Virus record (IMG/VR): IMGVR_UViG_3300045988_148145
DNA length: 56,785 bases
Source: a virus
Direction: 5' to 3' (one strand)
Shown: piece after piece, positions 26,078-34,161 of the stretch
Layout of the letters: each line of letters begins with the position of its first letter
Position numbering within the stretch: position 1 is the stretch's first letter
Notes under the pieces: generated by a model
Database searches by the model: none
The model's input: the letters and a program-made list of their open reading frames with translations, nothing else
What the model was told of the DNA's origin: nothing
Made by a program: the position numbers and the translations under genes

Positions 26078-26839
26078 ATGGAAATTATCGAGAAGAAAGT
26101 CTACGAGGAAGGCGGGGAAAACCGTCGTTCAACTCGTGAAAGGGCGAATGCCGGGCTCACCTTGGGAATCATCGGTACGGTTTTAGGTGCCGCCGCCTTG
26201 TGGGGACGCAACAACGGCGGGATCGGTTCTATCCTTGGGGGAGGGACATCCTTGGCCGGGGGTGGAAGCGTTCCAAGTAACGTGAACATTAACTCTTACG
26301 GTGGCGGGGCTACCGGTTGTGTTGCACCCACGCCTTTTCAAGCTTGGGAAAAGGGATGCGAGGACGCTCTCGCTCTCACGAACGAGATGTGGCGATTAAA
26401 AGTTGGATCCATGCAAGCTATCTCCGATTCGAGAGAGGTTGACGTGGCGGAGAAATTCGGGCTGTACAAAACGATGGTTGACGCCGATTTTGGGTTGTAC
26501 AAGTCAAACCGGGATAACATTGACGCCGTTAACAACCGGATTAACGCCGAGTTGTTTAGCTTGTACAAGTACACCCGTGACAAGGACGATGAAACTCGCA
26601 AGGAGCTGTGTGACCTTAAAGCACAAGTTGCCATCAGCAACGCCGTTAGACCGTATCAAGACAAGTTGATCCAGTGCGAGATCGAGAAAGCGTTCACCGC
26701 CGGCATCAATTACACCGATCGCAAAACGTGCAAGATGGTAGAAGGTGTTGTCGTGGTTCCCACCGAGCCGACCATCACCGGTATCGGGAGCTACTGTTGT
26801 TTTCGCAACAACACGACGGGAGGCAACACCCCAGCTTAA
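26078..26839 (+). CDS. hypothetical membrane protein with a Gly-rich segment
   Basis: 253 aa, with TM segment LTLGIIGTVLGAAALW followed by GGIGSILGGGTSLAGGGS. It lies in the G+C-rich block. Confidence 0.55.
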   Translation: MEIIEKKVYEEGGENRRSTRERANAGLTLGIIGTVLGAAALWGRNNGGIGSILGGGTSLAGGGSVPSNVNINSYGGGATGCVAPTPFQAWEKGCEDALALTNEMWRLKVGSMQAISDSREVDVAEKFGLYKTMVDADFGLYKSNRDNIDAVNNRINAELFSLYKYTRDKDDETRKELCDLKAQVAISNAVRPYQDKLIQCEIEKAFTAGINYTDRKTCKMVEGVVVVPTEPTITGIGSYCCFRNNTTGGNTPA

Positions 26840-26895
26840 ACAATCGAGCAAGAGAAGAACTCGCAAGCGTTCAAGTAAAACGAAATTATCAAATC

Positions 26896-27420
26896 ATGCA
26901 AGGAAATAACTTTTTCTTCACGGGAGGGGATCCGTTACTGGGTCAATCTCCCGGCTACATGGAATCTCAATTCCAAGAACTAGAGAGGATGCAGGCGGCC
27001 ATCGAGCAAAAGAAGAAGGCGATGCTTCAAGCCAAGGAGCAGATGTCGAGACAAGAGCAACACCCGAGTCAAAGTCAAACCCCTGTTTGGGACGAGATCG
27101 AGAGTATCGTGTCCGGGATGACGGACAAGGAATTCGAGATCGTGACGGGTAACGAGGAGTTCGTCGAGAGCCAGAACGCCATCATGTCTATCTTGCAAGC
27201 GAAATACATGCAAATGATGCGTCCAGTCGTGGAGGGTTCCCCAGAGGGGAAAGACGCCCTTGACAAGCATCTAACGCTTGTAAAAAGGTTGCGCAAGTCG
27301 GCAGCCTCGGAGGTTGACAAGGAAATAAGTGATTTTCAAGAGTACAAGGAAAAGTATCCGGACATACCGTATTCGGAGTACCAGAAGATGAAACGTTCAA
27401 GCAAGGGAGGTAAAAAATGA
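26896..27420 (+). CDS. hypothetical coiled-coil protein
   Basis: 174 aa from ATG 26896. The track ORF starts upstream at 26674 and overlaps the previous gene. Confidence 0.5.
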   Translation: MQGNNFFFTGGDPLLGQSPGYMESQFQELERMQAAIEQKKKAMLQAKEQMSRQEQHPSQSQTPVWDEIESIVSGMTDKEFEIVTGNEEFVESQNAIMSILQAKYMQMMRPVVEGSPEGKDALDKHLTLVKRLRKSAASEVDKEISDFQEYKEKYPDIPYSEYQKMKRSSKGGKK

Positions 27421-27848
27421 AAAAAGAAGACCTTAACCAGTTCAAGGGCGAGGTGAAAGACGCCATTCGCTCGTGGGGAGAAAGCAAGATTGATTCTATT
27501 TTTCCTAAAAAAGCTCAAGCGAGGACGTTTTTCAAGAACGGCTTCAACAACTTGTTATCAAGGGAAGATTCCAGGGTGAACAAGTGGTTGGACACCGCCT
27601 TCTTGTTTATCGCAAACGAGGATGGAACCGTTGATAGTGATGTCATGATTGACACTCTAGCCGGGTTGTTTCAAGAGATGGACGTTAAAGAATACAAGCA
27701 TGGCATGATTAAAATGGTTGTCGGTAAGGGAGAAGCCGTGATAAGCCTCCAGCAAAACTTCATGCTTGATATGCTCGTGGGAGATTTGGGCAGCTTGAAA
27801 TTCACTGTTGCTGACATACAAGAATTAAAAGAGTTTTTTAACGATTAA
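27417..27848 (+). CDS. hypothetical protein
   Basis: 143-aa ORF with ATGA overlap to the previous gene. Confidence 0.55.
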   Translation: MKKEDLNQFKGEVKDAIRSWGESKIDSIFPKKAQARTFFKNGFNNLLSREDSRVNKWLDTAFLFIANEDGTVDSDVMIDTLAGLFQEMDVKEYKHGMIKMVVGKGEAVISLQQNFMLDMLVGDLGSLKFTVADIQELKEFFND

Positions 27849-27859
27849 AACAACAAGTT

Positions 27860-28099
27860 ATGAATGAAGAAATCATCGAACTTAGAGAAGAATTGCAAGA
27901 TCATATAAAGAGATGCAACAAGTTGCTGAACAAGATCGGGCAAAGCATGGGACAACGTGGCGGTAACCAAGGTTATGGGCAACGTGGCGGTCAAATGGGC
28001 TACCGTGAGAACGGGGGACAATGGAACGGTGGAATGAACGGGGGCATGAACGAGCGTGTTGATCCGTTTTTCCCGGGGTACGACCCACGTTTCATGTAA
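27860..28099 (+). CDS. hypothetical low-complexity G/N/Q-rich protein
   Basis: 79 aa, containing QRGGNQGYGQRGGQMGYRENGGQWNGGMNGGMN. Confidence 0.45.
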   Translation: MNEEIIELREELQDHIKRCNKLLNKIGQSMGQRGGNQGYGQRGGQMGYRENGGQWNGGMNGGMNERVDPFFPGYDPRFM

Positions 28100-28150
28100 T
28101 CAAATGTAGAACGGGGGACGGGAAACCGCCCCTCTTAAAATTATACCATC

Positions 28151-28573
28151 ATGTGTAAACAGGCATTAAGTAGTTTTAACTACATACCGCAAGAGATGAG
28201 AGCGTACCTCAGGAATTACGGGTACTCGTTCTCGAAGAGAGCGTGCGAGTACGCCGTGAACCAGATGAAGCGAAAGAACAACGCCACCGGGAAACTGGAA
28301 AACATAGAGCCGTATTCTAAAGACAAGGCGGAAGAGTTGCTATCCAAGAACGGGGTAACACTGGAGAACAACGTTGGTTACAACTTCGTGTACGTGATGA
28401 ACATGATTCTCGCTGACCGGTGGAAGTCTAGCGTGGAGGACGAGCTGCACTTGTGTAAAGCGGTGAAAGACGAGATTGATGACGTTGACGGGGTACCGGA
28501 AAGCGTGTTCCGTTGCTGGATAACCAAACAAGAAGACAAGGGTATTCCTATACCCTGGGAAGACATGATATGA
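28151..28573 (+). CDS. hypothetical protein
   Basis: 140-aa ORF. Confidence 0.55.
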   Translation: MCKQALSSFNYIPQEMRAYLRNYGYSFSKRACEYAVNQMKRKNNATGKLENIEPYSKDKAEELLSKNGVTLENNVGYNFVYVMNMILADRWKSSVEDELHLCKAVKDEIDDVDGVPESVFRCWITKQEDKGIPIPWEDMI

Positions 28574-29022
28574 TCCGGCAGGAGTTAAATATCACCGTTA
28601 AAGGTAAAAAGTGGCACGTCACCGCTTTTTACCCCGTCACCAGGTATCACGTGAACGAGATCATGCGCACGTTAAAATCTCTCGGGTGTGATAGCTATAG
28701 CTTGAAGCGGGCGTACATGAACCTAGCAACGGGGCAGGTAAACAACGGGTTAACTTTCAGTAATTTCTTCTCCCGGGAATCCGTGGTCGTGTTCGCCATG
28801 TCAACGAGCCCGGAACAATATTTTAATCTGATCGTTCACGAGCTACATCACTTGTCAGTACACGTTGCCGTGGCGAACGGGCTAGACCTTGAAGGAGAAG
28901 AGACTTGTTATATTAACGGGGATATAGCGCAAATGATGTTCCCGACTATCAAGAGATTGATATGTGATTGTCACGATAAAGATATAGATGTAAAACTTAA
29001 AAACACGCTCCATGAAAAATGA
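28570..29022 (+). CDS. hypothetical protein with an HExxH motif (possible metallopeptidase)
   Basis: 150 aa from ATG 28570, which overlaps the previous stop. It contains VHELHHL. Confidence 0.4.
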   Translation: MIRQELNITVKGKKWHVTAFYPVTRYHVNEIMRTLKSLGCDSYSLKRAYMNLATGQVNNGLTFSNFFSRESVVVFAMSTSPEQYFNLIVHELHHLSVHVAVANGLDLEGEETCYINGDIAQMMFPTIKRLICDCHDKDIDVKLKNTLHEK

Positions 29023-29165
29023 CGCTAATTTATTGTATTTAATGGACTTGCTGGATAACGAGTGTATCGCCGGGGTCGCTGCTATAATCATAGCGGAGAT
29101 GCTCGCTATCGTTTGAAAGCGGTTAAACAGTTACTTGAAGTGTGGCACGATTGGCGGCGTGTTAG

Positions 29166-29190
29166 AGGGGCGGGATGCCCCTTTATTTTT
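29166..29190 (+). terminator. Intrinsic terminator ending the plus-strand late block
   Basis: Hairpin AGGGGC-GGGAT-GCCCCT followed by TTTATTTTT. Confidence 0.65.
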
Positions 29191-29203
29191 GGTATATAAA
29201 AAA

Positions 29204-29242
29204 AGAAAGTGAATTAAAGACGGCAATCCTGATTCACTTTCT
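29204..29242 (-). terminator. Intrinsic terminator of the minus-strand three-gene cassette
   Basis: 11-bp stem AGAAAGTGAAT/ATTCACTTTCT. On the minus strand it is followed by T7 (plus-strand A run 29197-29203). Confidence 0.6.
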
Positions 29243-29306
29243 TTTAGACTATTATCTAATTCCCCAATTAGACTAAGGCTTCTCTCCTTAGGTGTATAAT
29301 AGTTTA

Positions 29307-29711
29307 TTACTTACTAGCATTTGTAAAATTAACTGGGGGCAAGATTATTGCTCCTATTCCAGATTTTAATGTAATATTCGTAATGTGCTCTCTTATAAAC
29401 GGGGAAATAATAGCAGCCCCATTCACTTTTCCAAATTCATTAAAATCACGAATGATAGATTCTCCGATAGATTCAAAAATACCAATCATTTTCACTTTTA
29501 TATTCACTTGCTCAACCTCATGATATTTCTGTACAAGTATTACTTCTTCGGCCACGATAATAGAACTTCCATTTACCGAAACTTCGGTATTTATTTCTAC
29601 GTCATTTTTAGCATCCTCGCCAAATTGTACATTGTTTATTCGTGAAAAATGACTCTCCACCAGTAATAGATTAGTAATCTTGAATCCTGATTCCAGCTTG
29701 TTATTTCCCAT
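29307..29711 (-). CDS. SecB-like chaperone
   Basis: 134 aa. GIFESIG and ISPFIREHITNITLKSGIGAIILPPVNF align by eye with E. coli SecB GIFSIAG and [29 protein letters not shown]. Confidence 0.6.
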   Translation of the reverse strand: MGNNKLESGFKITNLLLVESHFSRINNVQFGEDAKNDVEINTEVSVNGSSIIVAEEVILVQKYHEVEQVNIKVKMIGIFESIGESIIRDFNEFGKVNGAAIISPFIREHITNITLKSGIGAIILPPVNFTNASK

Positions 29712-29713
29712 GA

Positions 29714-30175
29714 TTATGCCGCATTTAAGTATGAATAATTTGTGTATTCAACGGGAATATTAGTTTCCTCGATTGTGTTTAATTCTGGTTGTGATTGATT
29801 ATACGTAAATAAAAGATTGTGTTTTGTTAATTTACGAGAAATCTGTACACTTGACATATCAAATACAATTGATTTCCTCTCCACGGAAAAAGGAGTATAA
29901 TACAATCCTTCTTTCTCGAATACCGGACTATCTATTTTCACTAAAGAATCATCAGAAATAAAACAAATATTTTCAGAAGGATATTTACTAATAAATTCAT
30001 CAAATGTTTCACTCTCCCACTCTATATAATCATCATTTTGTTGATAAATTTCTATAGGTAACACCTCAATCATATGAGATCGAGACTTTTCATCGTACTC
30101 GTAACGAACTTTCGAACTTAAAAATACACTAATGAAAGATTCTAATTTCCCAATAATATAATCTACTGCATTCAT
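29714..30175 (-). CDS. hypothetical acidic protein (candidate antitoxin/partner); no family recognised
   Basis: 153-aa ORF, separated by 2-3 nt from both neighbours. No nucleotidyltransferase GS...DxD motif is present. Confidence 0.55.
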   Translation of the reverse strand: MNAVDYIIGKLESFISVFLSSKVRYEYDEKSRSHMIEVLPIEIYQQNDDYIEWESETFDEFISKYPSENICFISDDSLVKIDSPVFEKEGLYYTPFSVERKSIVFDMSSVQISRKLTKHNLLFTYNQSQPELNTIEETNIPVEYTNYSYLNAA

Positions 30176-30178
30176 GAT

Positions 30179-30574
30179 CTAATATTTTTTTAGAATTGGA
30201 AGAATATCTTTTGATAAAGATAGCGAATTTGAACTTTTCGAAAAATCAAACATGCTATCATCATAATCGGCGGTTACTCTAAGTTTTTTTAACTGCACGA
30301 TCTTCGTGTTAAATTCTCTAAATTCTTGATTCGAATTATTTTTAATATACTTTCCAATTTCGTTAATTAAAAATTCATGAGTTCCAACTTTATTAATACT
30401 ACATCTCGATTCTAGTTCTGTCTGTGTTTTACGCATACTATATATCCAAATATGCTTTAATAACAGGAAACAGCTATAATAAGCACTATGACCAACAGCA
30501 GGATAATAATTACTTTCATGTGATAGTTCTACAGAAGCAATCAACATTTCTGATTTATTTTGAAAGTTGCTCAT
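30179..30574 (-). CDS. HEPN-like domain protein (candidate toxin)
   Basis: 131 aa from ATG 30574 (the track uses TTG 30628). The layout SNYYPAVGHSAYYSCFLLLKH...GTHEF...LRVTADYDD resembles HEPN four-helix domains. Confidence 0.5.
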   Translation of the reverse strand: MSNFQNKSEMLIASVELSHESNYYPAVGHSAYYSCFLLLKHIWIYSMRKTQTELESRCSINKVGTHEFLINEIGKYIKNNSNQEFREFNTKIVQLKKLRVTADYDDSMFDFSKSSNSLSLSKDILPILKKY

Positions 30575-30639
30575 AAATATTAATATTGCAATCCTTTGTT
30601 GTACCTGATGCCGCAAATTTAAATCCAATATTTAATTAT

Positions 30640-31125
30640 TACAAGTATTTCTTTGGGTTTTACGAAAATATTTGTTATTGGTTGCATTAGACAGCAACAA
30701 AAAGCGGCCCCCGTTTCCAGAAGCCGCCGTGGTGCCACTCTAACTTGCATCACTCGCCACACGGCACATCTAGCATAGTACGTTTAATTGTTACATGGTG
30801 GGTATTTCTCTAAAACCAGAGCGGGATCCAATGGTATTTCGGCGAGACACCAAATATCGAACCTCTCGCTAATCACGAGTGGCGATATGTCGATTATAAC
30901 TTGTTTTGTTTCGTTATCCATAAAAAAGTGGCTTAACGTTCGCTGTCAGCAAGGAATCGCCAGAGACCTAACAATCAAACTACTAGCCAAGCCACCGTAT
31001 AGGAAGCCCAACTAGCTCATTTGATTGTTCAAATTTGAAACTGGCGATTTCTGCTGAACAATGAACTAGTTCGTAATATCTTCTTGGCACACCTTCACGT
31101 GCCGTGGTGCAAAGATATAAAATAT
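30640..31125. ncRNA. candidate structured RNA or cis-element; ORF-free and G+C-elevated
   Basis: No ORF of 60 aa or more on the minus strand. A nested long hairpin spans 30954-31050, with two 10-bp stems. Further hairpins lie at 30704-30727, 30842-30869 and 31086-31103. The 10-nt direct repeat GCCGTGGTGC occurs at 30726 and 31101. Confidence 0.35.
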
Positions 31126-31126
31126 T

Positions 31127-31312
31127 TTAATAACACTTGTCTGATATGAAATTATCCTTCCCGTACTTCGTTATCCAATCCCGCGTGATTTTAATTCTAT
31201 GCTGGGGATAACAAAAAGTGCGTGATTCGACGGAAAACCACAGGAAACCCAGTCTTCTCCGGTAGAGGGTTATCACGCTACCCCTTGTCTCGATCTTGTA
31301 CACTCTTTTCAT
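31127..31312 (-). CDS. hypothetical protein
   Basis: 61-aa ORF, the last gene of the minus-strand early operon. Confidence 0.45.
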   Translation of the reverse strand: MKRVYKIETRGSVITLYRRRLGFLWFSVESRTFCYPQHRIKITRDWITKYGKDNFISDKCY

Positions 31313-31497
31313 TTCGTTTCTCGATCTAATTTTAAATCCTTAACATTTACTTCCCACACGTCCCCCTCGTTGCCCTCAAAGTCAAGGTATACCGTGCCGT
31401 CTTGAAAGATACCGACCACTTGCATGGGGATGGTTTCTCTTCCATAGGGTGATACTTCTACCACGGTCATTCCTATATGCAATTGTTCGATGTTCAT
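31309..31497 (-). CDS. hypothetical protein
   Basis: 62-aa ORF that overlaps the downstream gene by 4 nt. Confidence 0.5.
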   Translation of the reverse strand: MNIEQLHIGMTVVEVSPYGRETIPMQVVGIFQDGTVYLDFEGNEGDVWEVNVKDLKLDRETK

Positions 31498-31505
31498 TTA
31501 CAATT

Positions 31506-31682
31506 CTATTTAATTCGTTTTTGGTCTACCTCTTTCTTGAAAAAGAAGTTACTGATTTTCTTTTCACTATCAACAATCATCCCGGTTAACTCCCAACCGG
31601 ATTGTCCAAGCTCGTTTAACCGTTGCTCGTCCGGTATCATGCCATAACCGAATGTTAACACCTTGTACTCGAATTTTTTCAT
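31506..31682 (-). CDS. small protein (DUF4177-like); missing from the ORF track because it is 58 aa
   Basis: Hand translation: MKKFEYKVLTFGYGMIPDEQRLNELGQSGWELTGMIVDSEKKISNFFFKKEVDQKRIK. Confidence 0.45.
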   Translation of the reverse strand: MKKFEYKVLTFGYGMIPDEQRLNELGQSGWELTGMIVDSEKKISNFFFKKEVDQKRIK

Positions 31683-31709
31683 GTTGTATTTGATTATTTT
31701 TTTAGATGG

Positions 31710-32051
31710 TTATATCTCTTGTTTAAGTTTCTTCACTATCCACTCCCCGAAGTCATCCTGTATCTCGATTGCTTCTTCAGGTGAAAGGTTTAAAGCACCA
31801 CGCCCGGTTAAATGTCCCCACCCACGGAGTAGCATGATGTTTACACCTTTTATAGATACTATACCTTTATCGTACTTGACTTCGTGCTTTACCCTTTTTT
31901 TACTATTCCCGTTAAGGATGCGTATTAATTCTTTTCTTGTCCGGGAGTCTACACGTGCAATCCAATCGAAACAACGAACGTCCCCTTGCGTGTAAACCCA
32001 AAAATCAAGAACTTCATGAAAAGGAGGCTTGTATATCTCGTCAAACTTCAT
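31710..32051 (-). CDS. hypothetical protein
   Basis: 113-aa ORF. Confidence 0.55.
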   Translation of the reverse strand: MKFDEIYKPPFHEVLDFWVYTQGDVRCFDWIARVDSRTRKELIRILNGNSKKRVKHEVKYDKGIVSIKGVNIMLLRGWGHLTGRGALNLSPEEAIEIQDDFGEWIVKKLKQEI

Positions 32052-32063
32052 TATTATTCTTTT

Positions 32064-32468
32064 TTATTTAAAATTAGGTATTTGAATATAAAATTTAAAC
32101 TTAGCCATCGGGTTCCACGTGTCTAAATGATGGTTGCAAAAATGGAAATTATCTCCAAATCTATCTTTAATAGCGTTGTAAATGGCTATATACACTTTAT
32201 TGAGATAACGTCTATTTATCACATCATGATTATCTATTTTAAACATCGGAACATATATTCTTATCTCGTATTCTCCACCTTCACTAGCATTCCATCTACC
32301 TTGAGTGAACACGATATGCGGGTTCTTGTCCTTGTATTCGTTCGTGATAGAAATGTACATTTTCCCCATGAAATCACGTGGTTCTCCCTCGTAGACTTTA
32401 AGCCGTGTGGCATCCTTGAGAAGTTTCTTCAAGCCTCTCTTGTCTGCCACGATTTGAGATACTGCCAT
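32064..32468 (-). CDS. hypothetical protein
   Basis: 134-aa ORF. Confidence 0.55.
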   Translation of the reverse strand: MAVSQIVADKRGLKKLLKDATRLKVYEGEPRDFMGKMYISITNEYKDKNPHIVFTQGRWNASEGGEYEIRIYVPMFKIDNHDVINRRYLNKVYIAIYNAIKDRFGDNFHFCNHHLDTWNPMAKFKFYIQIPNFK

Positions 32469-32472
32469 TTTT

Positions 32473-32664
32473 TTATTCTTTTACTTCGATGAATATCACG
32501 TTCTTTTCGTCTGACCTATGAAATTTATGACAGTGACTCATGAATTTTCTACAATGAGATGTTTCTGATAAAACGCATCCACGGCAATCAGTGTCAATCG
32601 ATTCCACGCATTTCAGTTTAATTTTCCCGAACTGGAATACCTCGCCTATTTTATATTCTTCCAT
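32473..32664 (-). CDS. hypothetical Cys/His-rich small protein
   Basis: 63 aa with CxxC and HCxxH patterns. Confidence 0.45.
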   Translation of the reverse strand: MEEYKIGEVFQFGKIKLKCVESIDTDCRGCVLSETSHCRKFMSHCHKFHRSDEKNVIFIEVKE

Positions 32665-32773
32665 GATTATTTTGTATTAAGTAAACACCAATCAGATACT
32701 GTAATAATCTGACCTTCATCTATTTTGTTTGTAGTCATTTTAACTACCTGCGCCCAAATGTATTCTTGCATAA

Positions 32774-33070
32774 TTATTTAGATTTAAGATGCTTAATTAA
32801 CTCGTCAGCATATTCTATCGCTCGACTTACATCTTTGTCAATATAATGAAATGGATCAGTACCGGGAATACTTTCCTCTGATATGATTCCGGCTAGAGCA
32901 TCTTTCGCTATCTCGTACCTGCGTTGCTCCCAGTCAATCGCTTTATCCGTGCTATCATCAATTATCTCAATATCATGCACGCTTGCGTTGTAAAGAGAGT
33001 CATCATCACGCAACATTGTAATGTATCCAACTTTAAGTATCTCTCCCGTGCTAATTATCTTTGCTTTCAT
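32774..33070 (-). CDS. hypothetical protein
   Basis: 98-aa ORF. Confidence 0.55.
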   Translation of the reverse strand: MKAKIISTGEILKVGYITMLRDDDSLYNASVHDIEIIDDSTDKAIDWEQRRYEIAKDALAGIISEESIPGTDPFHYIDKDVSRAIEYADELIKHLKSK

Positions 33071-33090
33071 GATTATTTTTCTAATAGTTT

Positions 33091-33312
33091 TTAGTTAAAT
33101 TCTTCTCCTATTATATCTTTAATTAAGTGATTTATTTCATCACTAGACAAGAATTTTTTTCCTTCTTTGCGTTGCTTATTTAGCTTATTTCGGTACAGTT
33201 TACCGATATGCATGTTTGCCTTCTTGTACCTATGCCACCAAATCTTACTTTTAGGATCTGTTTCAGGAGGTGTATCTTGATTTACTATCTTTTTTGCCTG
33301 TCTTAAATTCAT
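33091..33312 (-). CDS. hypothetical basic protein
   Basis: 73-aa ORF. Confidence 0.5.
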   Translation of the reverse strand: MNLRQAKKIVNQDTPPETDPKSKIWWHRYKKANMHIGKLYRNKLNKQRKEGKKFLSSDEINHLIKDIIGEEFN

Positions 33313-33317
33313 ATCGT

Positions 33318-33668
33318 TTAATAACCTAATTTCTTTATAAGTTCTTCGTCACCAACTAAGACCAAATCTGCACCAGCCTCGTTAGGATCAAATTCACAGT
33401 CTTTCCATTCGTCGTAACGTTCTTGGTCGTACTCTTTCAAGTCTTGTAAATCGCACTCTGTCGCCAATGGACAAGACCAAGCGTAACACATTCCTTGCTT
33501 AACCTTTGGCTCTTTGTCCTCTCTATGCGTGTAACCTTTGTTGTCTTGATACAACATTTCAAACTCTTCCTGATCAGGATGATTACACCCGTAACCATTG
33601 TTAGCATCCGTTTGCGTTGCAAAATACCCGCAAACATTGGCAAGTTCATCTATATGTACTACTTTCAT
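33318..33668 (-). CDS. hypothetical Cys-rich protein
   Basis: 116-aa ORF. Confidence 0.55.
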   Translation of the reverse strand: MKVVHIDELANVCGYFATQTDANNGYGCNHPDQEEFEMLYQDNKGYTHREDKEPKVKQGMCYAWSCPLATECDLQDLKEYDQERYDEWKDCEFDPNEAGADLVLVGDEELIKKLGY

Positions 33669-34027
33669 GATTTATTTGGATTATCAGTTAACTCGAATTC
33701 GTAAACCCATACCCACGGGTTAGATTCCCACATTCCCTTGCCGGAAACACGATCAATCAAACCATAATTAATTGCTTTATTTCTTCCCGAACAATATATC
33801 ATAGCATACCCATGTTAAGGCGCACAATGATATAATAATTATTACACCTTGCCATACTTGACTAATCTTGATCAAATAGCCTATTAATGCTACCGTGAAA
33901 AAAAGCCCCATAACGACGAGGAAAGACACGATAATTTTTGCAATTTTATTCTTCATATATTTCTATTTGGTAATCAATTACTTTTATTTTGGTCACCTTA
34001 CAAATAAGGCGACCAGATTATTACATT

Positions 34028-34055
34028 TTGCTCCCGACATTCATGTCGGGAGCAA
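34028..34055. terminator. Perfect 12-bp hairpin (TTGCTCCCGACA-TTCA-TGTCGGGAGCAA) downstream of 34162..34572
   Basis: The strongest short hairpin in the early region. It has no flanking T run, so its role as a terminator is uncertain. Confidence 0.4.
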
Positions 34056-34161
34056 CGTTAATCATCTTTCCTTGTAAATATTACCCTCAAGCAATAGTAC
34101 ACGAATGTTGCCAAGCATAGAGCCGTGATCGGGTACTCGTTGAGAAGGTTGAAAAAATCTC

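Noticed and set aside
26403-27518. Cluster of overlapping alternative-frame ORFs (88-120 aa, both strands) in the G+C-rich block
   Set aside because: High G+C lowers stop-codon frequency. The translations are R/P/H-rich and low-complexity. The co-oriented plus-strand gene chain with overlapping stop/start codons accounts for the coding capacity.
30788-31015. 75-aa plus-strand ORF inside the structured non-coding region
   Set aside because: It has the opposite orientation to all neighbours and runs straight through the long hairpin. It shows no obvious start context or protein-like composition. Some doubt remains.
30726-31110. Miniature transposable element bounded by the 10-nt direct repeat GCCGTGGTGC
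   Set aside because: No terminal inverted repeats lie inside the direct repeats, and there is no transposase anywhere in the window. The repeats may simply be parts of hairpin-flanking motifs.
33895-34077. 60-aa plus-strand ORF (GTG start)
   Set aside because: It is antisense to the interrupted small membrane ORF, spans the 12-bp hairpin, and is isolated on the wrong strand.
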